Assembly: GCA_905215695.1 (NCBI GenBank)
Contig: CAJMQN010000006.1
Coordinates: forward strand, 60,726-124,725
Length of the DNA stretch: 64,000 nt
Source: an uncultured bacterium
Lineage (GTDB): Bacteria > Bacillota > Clostridia > Christensenellales > HGM11417
Direction of reading: 5' to 3'
Positions 28,253 to 35,603 of the stretch are shown piece after piece; the stretch's first letter is position 1, and every line of letters starts with the position of its first letter. The position numbers were made by a program, and so were the translations under genes. The notes below the pieces were generated by a model. The model did no database searches. It was not told the DNA's origin and saw only the letters and a program-made list of their open reading frames with translations.

Positions 28253-30334
28253 ATGGCAATGCAAGGGGCGAAATGGGTGTGGACTGCCGGTAATGACGGC
28301 ACAATCAACGCATACGCGGATTTTGCGGTGGACTTCGAGGCGGAGAGCCGCGCGGTTGCGCGCGTCTGCGCATCGACGGACTATGCGCTGTACTGCAACG
28401 GCGTATTCGTCTCCGCGGGCGCGTATGCAAGCTATCCCGAAAAGAAATATTACGACGAAATCGAGCTCCCGGTTCGTCCGGGCAAAAATCGGCTCGCGAT
28501 TGTGGGTTACTGCGTGAATTTTCCCTTTTCCACGAGCGTAAAGGACAGTCGGGGCGTGCTCTTCGAGGTGGAATCCGATTGCGCGCGCGTCTGTTCGGGG
28601 GAGGACACGCTCTGCCGTGTTTCCCGCGAATATAAAAGCGGTCTTGTCCCGCACGTGACGCCCCAGCTCGGCTACACGGTTTGCGCGGATTTGACAGCAT
28701 ACGACGGTTGGAGGAAACAGGATGGGAAACTTTCGGGTTTTGCGCCCGCGCGCGCGCTCGAAAATAAATCCGAACTTGCGCCCCGTCCCGTCTCGCGGTT
28801 GACCCGCGGCGCGCCCGCGTTCGGGCGGCTGCACGGACAGGGACTCTTCCGTCTCGGCGCGGGGGAGAGTCTCGGGGACAAAATTCAGAAATCCTATCTT
28901 GCCGCGCGGCGGCTCGGGGACTTTACGCAGGTGATTCCCGAGGACAAGACGCCCTATGTCTTTCAGCCGACGGGCGAGAAGGCTGACGGCGTATATCTCC
29001 TCTTTGACCTCGGCGGAGAGCGGACGGGGAGTTTTGCGGCGGAATTTGAATTTTCCGCGGAGACAGAGGTTGATTACTGCTGGGGCGAGCACCTCGACGA
29101 CCTGCGCGTGCGCACGGAAATTTCGGGTCGGAATTTTGTCGGTTCCTATCGCGCGCCGAAAGGTCGGTCGCTGTATGTCGAGCGTTTCCGCCGTTTGGGG
29201 CTTCGGTATCTCATGGTATTCGTGCATGCGGAATGCTTTACGCTGTACGGCGCGGGAATCGAACCCGCGGTGTATCCCGTGACGAAAAAGCCGGGCAAGC
29301 TCTCCGACCCCCTGCACGAGAAGATCCGCGAGGTCGGCGTGCACACCCTGCACTGCTGTATGCACGAACACTACGAGGACTGTCCCTGGAGAGAGCAGTC
29401 GCAGTATGTCATGGACTCCCGCAATCAGATGCTTGCGGGGTACTATTGCTTCGAGAACCGCGAGTTTGCGCGGGCGAGCCTTCTGCTCATGTCCGACCGA
29501 ATCGACGAAAACGGGCAGATTCCCCTGATGCAGCCCTCCGAATTTCCGACTTACATTCCCGACTTTACGCTCTGCTATCCGGCGGTAGTCGCGGACTATC
29601 TCGAATATACGGGGGACGAGAGCGTGCTCCCCGTGCTTCTTCCGCGGCTCGAGCGCATTGTCGCAGGCTTTGAGAGCCGTTTGGACGAGACGGGAATGAT
29701 TCCTCGCAGTCACGACGAGAACGAATGGAACTTCTTTGAATGGACGGACGGCATGGCGAACGGGTGCGGGTATGACGCGCGGAAATTCGGAAAGGAGTAC
29801 GCGCTCCCGAATCAGGCGTTTTTCGTCATAGCGCTCGAGGGCTATCTCGACTGCCTCGCGCGCGCGGGGAAGAGGGACGAAAAGCGCGAAACGCTGAAAG
29901 CATCCCTTATCGAACGCGCGGACGCGGCGTTTTGGCAGGAGCGGGAGGGAAGATACGCGACCTATCTCACGGACGGGGAGCTTACGCACGGCGCGGAATA
30001 CACGCAGGTACTCGCGGCGTATGCGGGAATCGCGCGCGGGGAGCGCAGGGAAAGGGTGCTTTCTCTTCTGACCTCTTCGGACAACGGTCTTGTCGGACTT
30101 TCCCTGTCAAACTACCTCTATAAATACGACGTCCTGCTCTCCGAAGGGGGGAGATTCCGTGACTTTGTCAGGGCGGAAATCGAACGGATTTGGGGAGACA
30201 TGCTGTATTCGGGCGCGACGACCTTCTACGAGGTTCAGGAGGGCGCGGACGCATTCTATTATGCGGGTTCGCTCTGCCACGGCTGGAGCGCGCTTCCAGT
30301 GTATATCTACGGCAAATACGGTTTGGTAAAATAG
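28253..30334 (+). CDS. cytoplasmic six-hairpin glycoside hydrolase, alpha-L-rhamnosidase-like (GH78-type), paralogue 1
   Basis: ATG at 28253 gives MAMQGAKWVWTAG. There is no signal peptide. The central segment HYEDCPWREQSQYVMDSRNQ resembles the start of the (alpha/alpha)6 domain of bacterial rhamnosidases. It shares layout and the N-terminal xWxW motif with the ORF at 42217. The family call is from memory of motifs only. Confidence 0.55.
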   Translation: MAMQGAKWVWTAGNDGTINAYADFAVDFEAESRAVARVCASTDYALYCNGVFVSAGAYASYPEKKYYDEIELPVRPGKNRLAIVGYCVNFPFSTSVKDSRGVLFEVESDCARVCSGEDTLCRVSREYKSGLVPHVTPQLGYTVCADLTAYDGWRKQDGKLSGFAPARALENKSELAPRPVSRLTRGAPAFGRLHGQGLFRLGAGESLGDKIQKSYLAARRLGDFTQVIPEDKTPYVFQPTGEKADGVYLLFDLGGERTGSFAAEFEFSAETEVDYCWGEHLDDLRVRTEISGRNFVGSYRAPKGRSLYVERFRRLGLRYLMVFVHAECFTLYGAGIEPAVYPVTKKPGKLSDPLHEKIREVGVHTLHCCMHEHYEDCPWREQSQYVMDSRNQMLAGYYCFENREFARASLLLMSDRIDENGQIPLMQPSEFPTYIPDFTLCYPAVVADYLEYTGDESVLPVLLPRLERIVAGFESRLDETGMIPRSHDENEWNFFEWTDGMANGCGYDARKFGKEYALPNQAFFVIALEGYLDCLARAGKRDEKRETLKASLIERADAAFWQEREGRYATYLTDGELTHGAEYTQVLAAYAGIARGERRERVLSLLTSSDNGLVGLSLSNYLYKYDVLLSEGGRFRDFVRAEIERIWGDMLYSGATTFYEVQEGADAFYYAGSLCHGWSALPVYIYGKYGLVK

Positions 30335-30340
30335 AAGAAG

Positions 30341-30369
30341 AGCGGCGGAACAACTCCGCCGCTTTTTTT
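30341..30369. terminator. bidirectional terminator between convergent genes
   Basis: agcggcgga, loop acaac, tccgccgct, then tttttt. The T-tract reaches into the stop codon of the minus-strand macrodomain gene. Confidence 0.7.
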
Positions 30370-31138
30370 ATGCCAAAATCAGTTTTTGGTAGATTTCTCG
30401 GTCGCTGTCGAGGAATACGTCAAAGATAACCCGAACTTTCCGCGGAACCTCAGCAAGCCATTCCCGCACGGTGTCGAGGGCGAGCGCCGCGGCGTCCTCC
30501 TGCGGGTATCCGAACACGCCCGTCGAGATACAGCAGAAGGCGATGCTTGTAAGTCCCATTTCTTCCGCCTTGGCGAGGCAGGAGCGGTAACAGCTTTGGA
30601 GGTCTCTGCGGTTCTCGGGCGTGACATTTCCGCGGACGATCGGTCCCACCGTGTGGAAGATGTAGCGCGAGGGGAGATTATACGCGGAAGTGACCCGAAC
30701 TCCGCCGTTCTTTTCGAGCCTGCCCTTCATCATCTTGTCGCAGTCCAACCGCACCTGCACGCCCGCAAAGGAGTGAATCACGTTGTCGATGCAGTTGTGC
30801 AGTGGCTGAAAACAGCCGAGCAGAGCGGCGTTGCAGGCGTTGACGATAGCCTCCGCGTTGAGCCGCGCAATGTCTCCCTGCCAGAGCGCGATTCCGTCCT
30901 GATACTCGAGACTGTTAACATCCATAATACCCCGCTTTTGGGTGAGGTCAGAGAGGTAGCGGTCCTGCAAACGCAGAAATTCCTCGGAGACAGGCGCGGG
31001 GGGACGCAGGTTGCAGAGTGCGCGGAAAAGCTCCGGCTTTCCCCCCGAATGCGGCAGAAAATAGGAATTCCACCCCTCGGCTTGCAGAATTTCAATCAGT
31101 CTGTCCAAAATTCGGTCGGTTTCATATTCGGTCGGCAT
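30368..31138 (-). CDS. macrodomain protein-ADP-ribose hydrolase of the SirTM-linked type
   Basis: 256 aa with the N-terminal extension LRPPAPVSEEFLRLQDRYLSDL. Macro core motifs are WQGDIARLNAEAIVNACNAALLGC, CIDNVIHSFAGVQVRLDC, IFHTVGP and FCCISTGVFGYP. It overlaps the upstream sirtuin gene by 17 nt. Confidence 0.85.
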   Translation of the reverse strand: MPTEYETDRILDRLIEILQAEGWNSYFLPHSGGKPELFRALCNLRPPAPVSEEFLRLQDRYLSDLTQKRGIMDVNSLEYQDGIALWQGDIARLNAEAIVNACNAALLGCFQPLHNCIDNVIHSFAGVQVRLDCDKMMKGRLEKNGGVRVTSAYNLPSRYIFHTVGPIVRGNVTPENRRDLQSCYRSCLAKAEEMGLTSIAFCCISTGVFGYPQEDAAALALDTVREWLAEVPRKVRVIFDVFLDSDREIYQKLILA

Positions 31139-31964
31139 GAAACACCTCGTTCATATTTTCCGAAAATGAGATTGTCCGCTCCCGCGTCTCGGGAAACCCT
31201 TCCGGTGCGTCCCGATTACAGCGTATGAGTGTCGCGTTCTCATTTTCATAGGTCATCTGTTCAAAGGGAAACCTGATGATGCCGGGGGTGTTGAATCCGA
31301 CTCCGAGTTCGAGAAAGACCGTGCGCCCCTTTGCCGCCCGCCCAAGAAAATCTTCGTATCTATCCCGCATGCGCCGCCAGTCCGCGTTTTCCACGAAAAA
31401 GGCGTCCTTTCGGATATGGATTTCCATTTCTTCGCCGCAGACGGGGCATAGGGGAATCAGTTCCGAGGGAATCCGATAGTCTAGCGTCCTGCTCGCCATT
31501 TCCCTGACAAGTCCTTCGTCGGCGTAGAGTCGGTCGTGGCATCCCTTCGCGCACTGTAAAAATCCGTAATTGCCCTGCACCTCGAAGATTTTTGAGGAAT
31601 CGAATCCCGCCTTTTCGAATTGGCTCTCGACATTGGTGGTGACGACGAAGTGCTCCCGCTCTTCAAAGAGGGAAAATAACCTGCGGTAGAGAGGCGAGGC
31701 GGGCTCTTCGAATCGGTTGACGAGGATATGGCGGGCGTGGTGCGCCCAACGCTCTTCCGAACTTCGGAAGGGATAGAACATGCCCGCATACATATCGGTT
31801 ATCCCGTATTTCTCTTTATAATCCGAAAAATACCTTTCAAAACGTGCGCCGCCGTAGTCGAGTCCTGCGGCGGCAGAAAGTCCCGCACCGCCGCCCAAGA
31901 GGACAAAATCCGCTTGCGCGAGCGCATTCCGCGCCATTTCAAGTCTTTTCTCGAAGGGGAGCAT
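31122..31964 (-). CDS. macrodomain-linked sirtuin (SirTM class, predicted protein ADP-ribosyltransferase)
   Basis: 280 aa with the Rossmann motif LLGGGAGLSAAAG and zinc Cys pairs CAKGC and CPVCG. It has VQGN where classical sirtuins have the catalytic HG, and LELGVGFNTP near the C-terminus. The layout matches the Staphylococcus/Streptococcus SirTM proteins as I recall them. It is coupled to a macrodomain gene. Confidence 0.8.
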   Translation of the reverse strand: MLPFEKRLEMARNALAQADFVLLGGGAGLSAAAGLDYGGARFERYFSDYKEKYGITDMYAGMFYPFRSSEERWAHHARHILVNRFEEPASPLYRRLFSLFEEREHFVVTTNVESQFEKAGFDSSKIFEVQGNYGFLQCAKGCHDRLYADEGLVREMASRTLDYRIPSELIPLCPVCGEEMEIHIRKDAFFVENADWRRMRDRYEDFLGRAAKGRTVFLELGVGFNTPGIIRFPFEQMTYENENATLIRCNRDAPEGFPETRERTISFSENMNEVFHADRI

Positions 31965-31970
31965 ACCGAT

Positions 31971-32605
31971 TTATTCTCCGATCACCGAAAACCGTTTGCC
32001 GTCGTGTTTTCCGCTTTCTGCCTCGTCAATCATGGCAACGGCGTAATCCGCATAGCTGATTGCGCTCAATCCCCGAGCGTTTTCAAAGTATTCTTCCCCG
32101 CCCGAAAGATACCTGCCTGTCCGCGCGCCCTCCGCCCGGAAGTCTGCGGCGGGGGAAAGATAGGTCCATTTCACATCCCTGCGCTCGCGGAGCATATCGA
32201 GCGCACTACGCATACTTTCTGCAAGAGGCTTATAGGCTTCGGGAAAACTCGGAAGTTCCATGAGCATTTTTGCATGTGCGGGATTGACGAAAAGACTGCC
32301 CGCACCGCCCACGACGAGCAGCCGGGTTTCCGTTCCCGAAAGCGCGTCGCAGAGGTGCATAAGCGAAGTCGTGTGTTGGGGGAGCGTCTCTTCCGTCCAG
32401 GCGCCGAACGCATCGATCACGGCGTCGAATCCCTGCAAGTCCTCCCGGGTCAGCGCAAAAAGGCTTTGACAATTTTCTTTGCGCCGAGTGCAAGCTCTGC
32501 TTCCGCATTCCGCACAAAACCTGTCACCTCGTGTCCCCGGGACAATGCCTCGCTCACAAGAAGGCGCCCTTGCTTTCCCGCCGCACATACCACTGCAATC
32601 TTCAT
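31971..32605 (-). pseudogene. YwnB/NmrA-like NAD(P)H-binding oxidoreductase interrupted by a -1/+1 frameshift (or an assembly indel)
   Basis: ATG at 32605 follows aggagg and gives MKIAVVCAAGKQGRLLVSEALSRGHEVTGFVRNAEAELALGAKKIVKAFLR, which then hits TGA at 32450-32452. The rest of the family sequence (SLFALTREDLQGFDAVIDAFGAW..LLVVGGAGSLF..) continues in another frame down to 31971. Adding one A in gtcaaagcc (plus-strand 32462-32470) restores a single ORF of about 211 aa. Confidence 0.7.
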
Positions 32606-32631
32606 ACTGTTGTTCCTCCTAAAAAAATTTA

Positions 32632-32696
32632 GTTGTAATCATTTCAATTATAACAACAACATAGCATGGTTTTGTTGTAATGTCAAGTGTTACAAC
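32632..32696 (-). promoter_or_regulatory. promoter plus two inverted-repeat operators for the YwnB-like/SirTM/macro operon
   Basis: On the minus strand: GTTGTAAcacTTGACAtTACAAC (plus 32674-32696), a 17-nt spacer after TTGACA, then TATGTT (plus 32658-32663). A second imperfect inverted repeat GTTGTTATAAT-tgaa-ATGATTACAAC (plus 32632-32657) covers the predicted +1 region. The RBS aggagg follows. Confidence 0.5.
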
Positions 32697-32740
32697 AAAA
32701 AAATAAAAATTTCGGCGCTTCCGAAAGGGGAATGCCGAAA
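32695..32740 (-). terminator. intrinsic terminator after the Rrf2 gene
   Basis: On the minus strand: tttcggc attcccctttcggaagc gccgaaa, followed by tttttattttttt. Confidence 0.65.
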
Positions 32741-32743
32741 CTT

Positions 32744-33175
32744 TCAGTTGTTTGCGAGAGGGGTTAGTTCGTCGAGAAGATTTTGAAGAGTGACCCCTTG
32801 AAGCTCGCGTTCCATGGCGGACTGCGCGTCCGCAAGGTGCGGAGTCAGCAAGTCATGCACATGTTTTCCCACAGGGCAGGCGGGGTTCGGGTTTTCATGG
32901 AAGTGGAAGAGCAAATCCTCCGCGCATCCCACCGCCCGGAAGATATCGAGCAAAGTGATGTCCGCCGGGTCGCGGGCGAGCTTTGCGCCGCCGCTTCCCG
33001 CCGCGACTTCGACGAGCCCCGCGGCTTTCAGCGCACCGAGGGTGCGCCGGATGACAACGGGGTTGACCTGTACGCTTGAGGCGATGAATTCCGAAGTGGT
33101 CTTATAGTTGTTCCCGAAAAACTGTACGGCAAGCAAGGTGTGAACCGCAACCGTAAATCTCGATGCAATTTTCAT
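32744..33175 (-). CDS. Rrf2-family transcriptional regulator (YwnA/HypR-like, two Cys only)
   Basis: 143 aa starting MKIASRFTVAVHTLLAV, with a winged helix (TSEFIASSVQVNPVVIRRTLGALKAAGLV). It has Cys84 and Cys100 and no three-Cys Fe-S cluster motif. The track start at 33211 would put the promoter inside the ORF and was rejected. Confidence 0.85.
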   Translation of the reverse strand: MKIASRFTVAVHTLLAVQFFGNNYKTTSEFIASSVQVNPVVIRRTLGALKAAGLVEVAAGSGGAKLARDPADITLLDIFRAVGCAEDLLFHFHENPNPACPVGKHVHDLLTPHLADAQSAMERELQGVTLQNLLDELTPLANN

Positions 33176-33182
33176 ATCTGAT

Positions 33183-33221
33183 ATTATACACGTACATACG
33201 TGTAATGTCAACGATTACAAC
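33183..33221 (-). promoter_or_regulatory. consensus sigma-A promoter with embedded operators giving a (near-)leaderless rrf2 mRNA
   Basis: On the minus strand: GTTGTAAtcgTTGACAtTACACGtatgtacgtgTATAATatcagatATG. TTGACA is at plus 33206-33211, followed by a 17-nt spacer. TATAAT is at plus 33183-33188, only 7 nt before the ATG, with no SD. The spacer holds the perfect palindrome tacacgt-atgt-acgtgta (plus-strand tacacgt-acat-acgtgta, 33187-33204). Confidence 0.6.
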
Positions 33222-34702
33222 GGGAGGTCTTTTTTCTCGAACCGAACCACGGAGAGAACATAGGCGATGATACCGATAACGGCGAGGATTCCGAGTTTCC
33301 AAAGCCAGGTGAGAGAACCTGCGAGAATGGATGCGCTGTCAAAGAGGGAGATGAGCGTAACATAGTTAAAGTAGTTCATCGCCTCGATGCGGATTGCGCT
33401 TGGAATAACGTGAGAACCGAAGAGTCCGAGTATGGTTGCAACGAGGAAGAACATGGACAGACCTCCTCCCACGCCCATGGATTCCTTGCTCCGGTTGAAC
33501 CAAGCGGACGCGAGGAAACAGATGCCTGAGATTGCAAACATGGTCACAAATGCCCCGAGATTAAAAAGAATAAGTTGTCCGTAGGTGATCGTGACGACAC
33601 TTGTGTCAATGGTCGCGAGACAGACGATTCCGGTCAGTGTAGTAAACGAGAACATGGCGAGGAGGGAGAGAATGAGAAAACTCATCTGTGTGAGGGTGAC
33701 CTGTCTGCGCTTGGTGGGAGTGGAGAGCACGTACGCCATGGAGCCGGAATCCACCTGTCCCGCAATGAGATTGTTTGCGACCATGATCGTATAGACAATG
33801 GGAAGAAGCAGACCTGCCATCTTGAAAAAGATAGAACCGACGATGAGCCCGAACATATCGAGGTCTTTGATTTCAACGAGAGAATTCTGCACATTTTCGG
33901 GGAGCTCATCGAGCATGTTTTTGGAGAGCCGTTCGATGAGCGCGGCGGTGTCCTGCTGAGGGTCGAGTGAAAGCTCGGCACGGAAACTCAGGATTGCGCT
34001 CCGCGCCTCTGCCGATATTTCTTCGGCGGTATATAGGAGACCTTCCTTCTCCAACTCGGGAGGCATTTGTTCCCCGAGCATGTCGGAGATGAACCTTGTC
34101 GCAAAAAAATCGGCATTATCTTCGGAGGTCACAAACTGTTCGATCGCAGTGGCGATGAGCATCTTTGCCTGTTCGGCGGACTCCTCGCCGTACTCGGCGA
34201 GCACCTGGTCATAGACCTCCGCGGCGACGCCATCGAGCACGTATTCGGTACGCTTCTCGTCGGAAAGGTCGTTCCCGTTTGAGAGATAGTATTCGATAAG
34301 AGAATCGACGACATTCCGTTCCAATCCGGTCGCGGCGCATACTTTTTGACGCGCGGTTTCGTCCGAATCTCCCGTGTCCACGCTTGCCGCGTATGTACCG
34401 GTTATCATTTCATAATTGTCACCCGTGCCCGCGAGCAGGGCGTCGAGACCGGCGCGCTTCTCTTCGTAGCCGGAGAGGGCGGTCCGGGTCATGTCATAGT
34501 AGGTCATGGCGTTCTTGTCGATTTCGGAATTGACGTAACTGTCCGTGAACATGTCAACCATGGAATTTCGTATTTCGCTCGCGTCCGAATTTCCCATGAT
34601 GAGGAGAATGGCGGCGAGCATGAAACAGGTCGCAAAGGTCACAAGTGACCAAATGAGAATATTTGCCTTGCAGGACTGTTTGAAAAGCGGTTTACTGAAC
34701 AT
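33215..34702 (-). CDS. ABC-2-type transporter permease with a large acidic extracytoplasmic loop
   Basis: 495 aa with one N-terminal TM segment, a hydrophilic Asp/Glu-rich region of about 250 aa, then 5 TM segments. It overlaps the ATPase gene by 11 nt. Confidence 0.8.
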   Translation of the reverse strand: MFSKPLFKQSCKANILIWSLVTFATCFMLAAILLIMGNSDASEIRNSMVDMFTDSYVNSEIDKNAMTYYDMTRTALSGYEEKRAGLDALLAGTGDNYEMITGTYAASVDTGDSDETARQKVCAATGLERNVVDSLIEYYLSNGNDLSDEKRTEYVLDGVAAEVYDQVLAEYGEESAEQAKMLIATAIEQFVTSEDNADFFATRFISDMLGEQMPPELEKEGLLYTAEEISAEARSAILSFRAELSLDPQQDTAALIERLSKNMLDELPENVQNSLVEIKDLDMFGLIVGSIFFKMAGLLLPIVYTIMVANNLIAGQVDSGSMAYVLSTPTKRRQVTLTQMSFLILSLLAMFSFTTLTGIVCLATIDTSVVTITYGQLILFNLGAFVTMFAISGICFLASAWFNRSKESMGVGGGLSMFFLVATILGLFGSHVIPSAIRIEAMNYFNYVTLISLFDSASILAGSLTWLWKLGILAVIGIIAYVLSVVRFEKKDLPL

Positions 34703-35603
34703 TTTTTTTGAGCTCCTTTTCTCTCAAGAGTTTGTCTTTGAAGTATTTTTCAAGTGTGAACTTGACCTCTGCGATAAATTTGACGTCCAATGCCAAGAGG
34801 TCCGAAAAGAGTTTCCCGATATCCGTGCGGGGGAGGGAGATTGTGACCTGACAATATTCGGGCTGTTCCCGCAAGACGGCATATCCTTTTTTTCGGAATG
34901 TGAGGTAGTCCTCACGGTTGCGGAACTCGATTTTGAAATCGACAAAAGGACGGTTTCGTATGGCGTCTGTGACGGCGACATCGTCGATTCTGCCGCGGTT
35001 GATGAGCGCAACGCGGTCGCAGGTCGCCTCAAGTTCCTCGAACATGTGACTGCTCATGAGTACGGTCTTGCCCCGTGAATGAACCTCTCGTATGATGTCG
35101 AGGAACGCCGCCCGCATGAGGGGATCAAGTCCCGTGGTGGGTTCGTCGAGAATGACGATTTCGGGGTCAGCCATGAGCGCCTCGACCAGTGCGGTCTTTT
35201 GTTTCATGCCCTTGCTCATGCGCCGCAGGTTTGCGGAGGGGTCGAGCTGAAGCCGCTCAATGAGTTCGTTTGCATACTTCATGTCCGTTACGCCGAGGAA
35301 CTCGGCTTGAGATTTCAGGAACTCCGTTCCCGTGGCGAGGTCGGGAAAAGCGATTTCCCCGGGGACATAGCCGATATGTCTTTTGATTTCGCTTGCGTCT
35401 CGCCAAGCGTCAAGTCCCTTGACCCGCACGTGCCCCGCGTCCGGTTTCAAAAACCCCATGATATGCCGAATGGTTGTCGTCTTTCCCGCGCCGTTGGTGC
35501 CGACGAACCCGAACATTTCGCCCTCTCGGATACCGAGGCTTACGTCAAAAACGCCGCGTCCGTCGCCGTAGTCCTTGGTCAGTTTATCGATTTCTATCTG
35601 CAT
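34692..35603 (-). CDS. ABC transporter ATP-binding protein (second NBD)
   Basis: Walker A GTNGAGKTT, signature MSKGMKQK, Walker B IVILDEPTTGLD and H-loop SSHMF. All catalytic motifs look intact. Confidence 0.9.
   Translation of the reverse strand: MQIEIDKLTKDYGDGRGVFDVSLGIREGEMFGFVGTNGAGKTTTIRHIMGFLKPDAGHVRVKGLDAWRDASEIKRHIGYVPGEIAFPDLATGTEFLKSQAEFLGVTDMKYANELIERLQLDPSANLRRMSKGMKQKTALVEALMADPEIVILDEPTTGLDPLMRAAFLDIIREVHSRGKTVLMSSHMFEELEATCDRVALINRGRIDDVAVTDAIRNRPFVDFKIEFRNREDYLTFRKKGYAVLREQPEYCQVTISLPRTDIGKLFSDLLALDVKFIAEVKFTLEKYFKDKLLREKELKKNVQ

Noticed and set aside
27560-29989. 809-aa minus-strand ORF, the longest antisense ORF in the track.
   Set aside because: It is antisense to rny and the rhamnosidase-like gene and runs straight through the rny terminator and an intergenic region. 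The translation is Arg/Pro/Ala-rich low complexity with no motifs. This is the stop-poor antisense frame expected in GC-rich coding DNA.
30368-31964. Reading the sirtuin/macrodomain pair as a DarTG-like toxin-antitoxin or a Sir2-based antiphage module.
   Set aside because: The sirtuin matches the SirTM layout rather than Thoeris, DSR or HerA-associated SIR2 domains. The macrodomain carries the SirTM-specific N-terminal extension. The pair sits in an operon with a redox-type enzyme under an Rrf2 operator, and there are no neighbouring defence or mobile genes. A defence role cannot be excluded from sequence alone.
31728-32786. 352-aa plus-strand ORF spanning the SirTM/YwnB-like/Rrf2 region.
   Set aside because: It is antisense to three well-supported minus-strand genes and crosses their promoter and terminator. 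It has no motifs.
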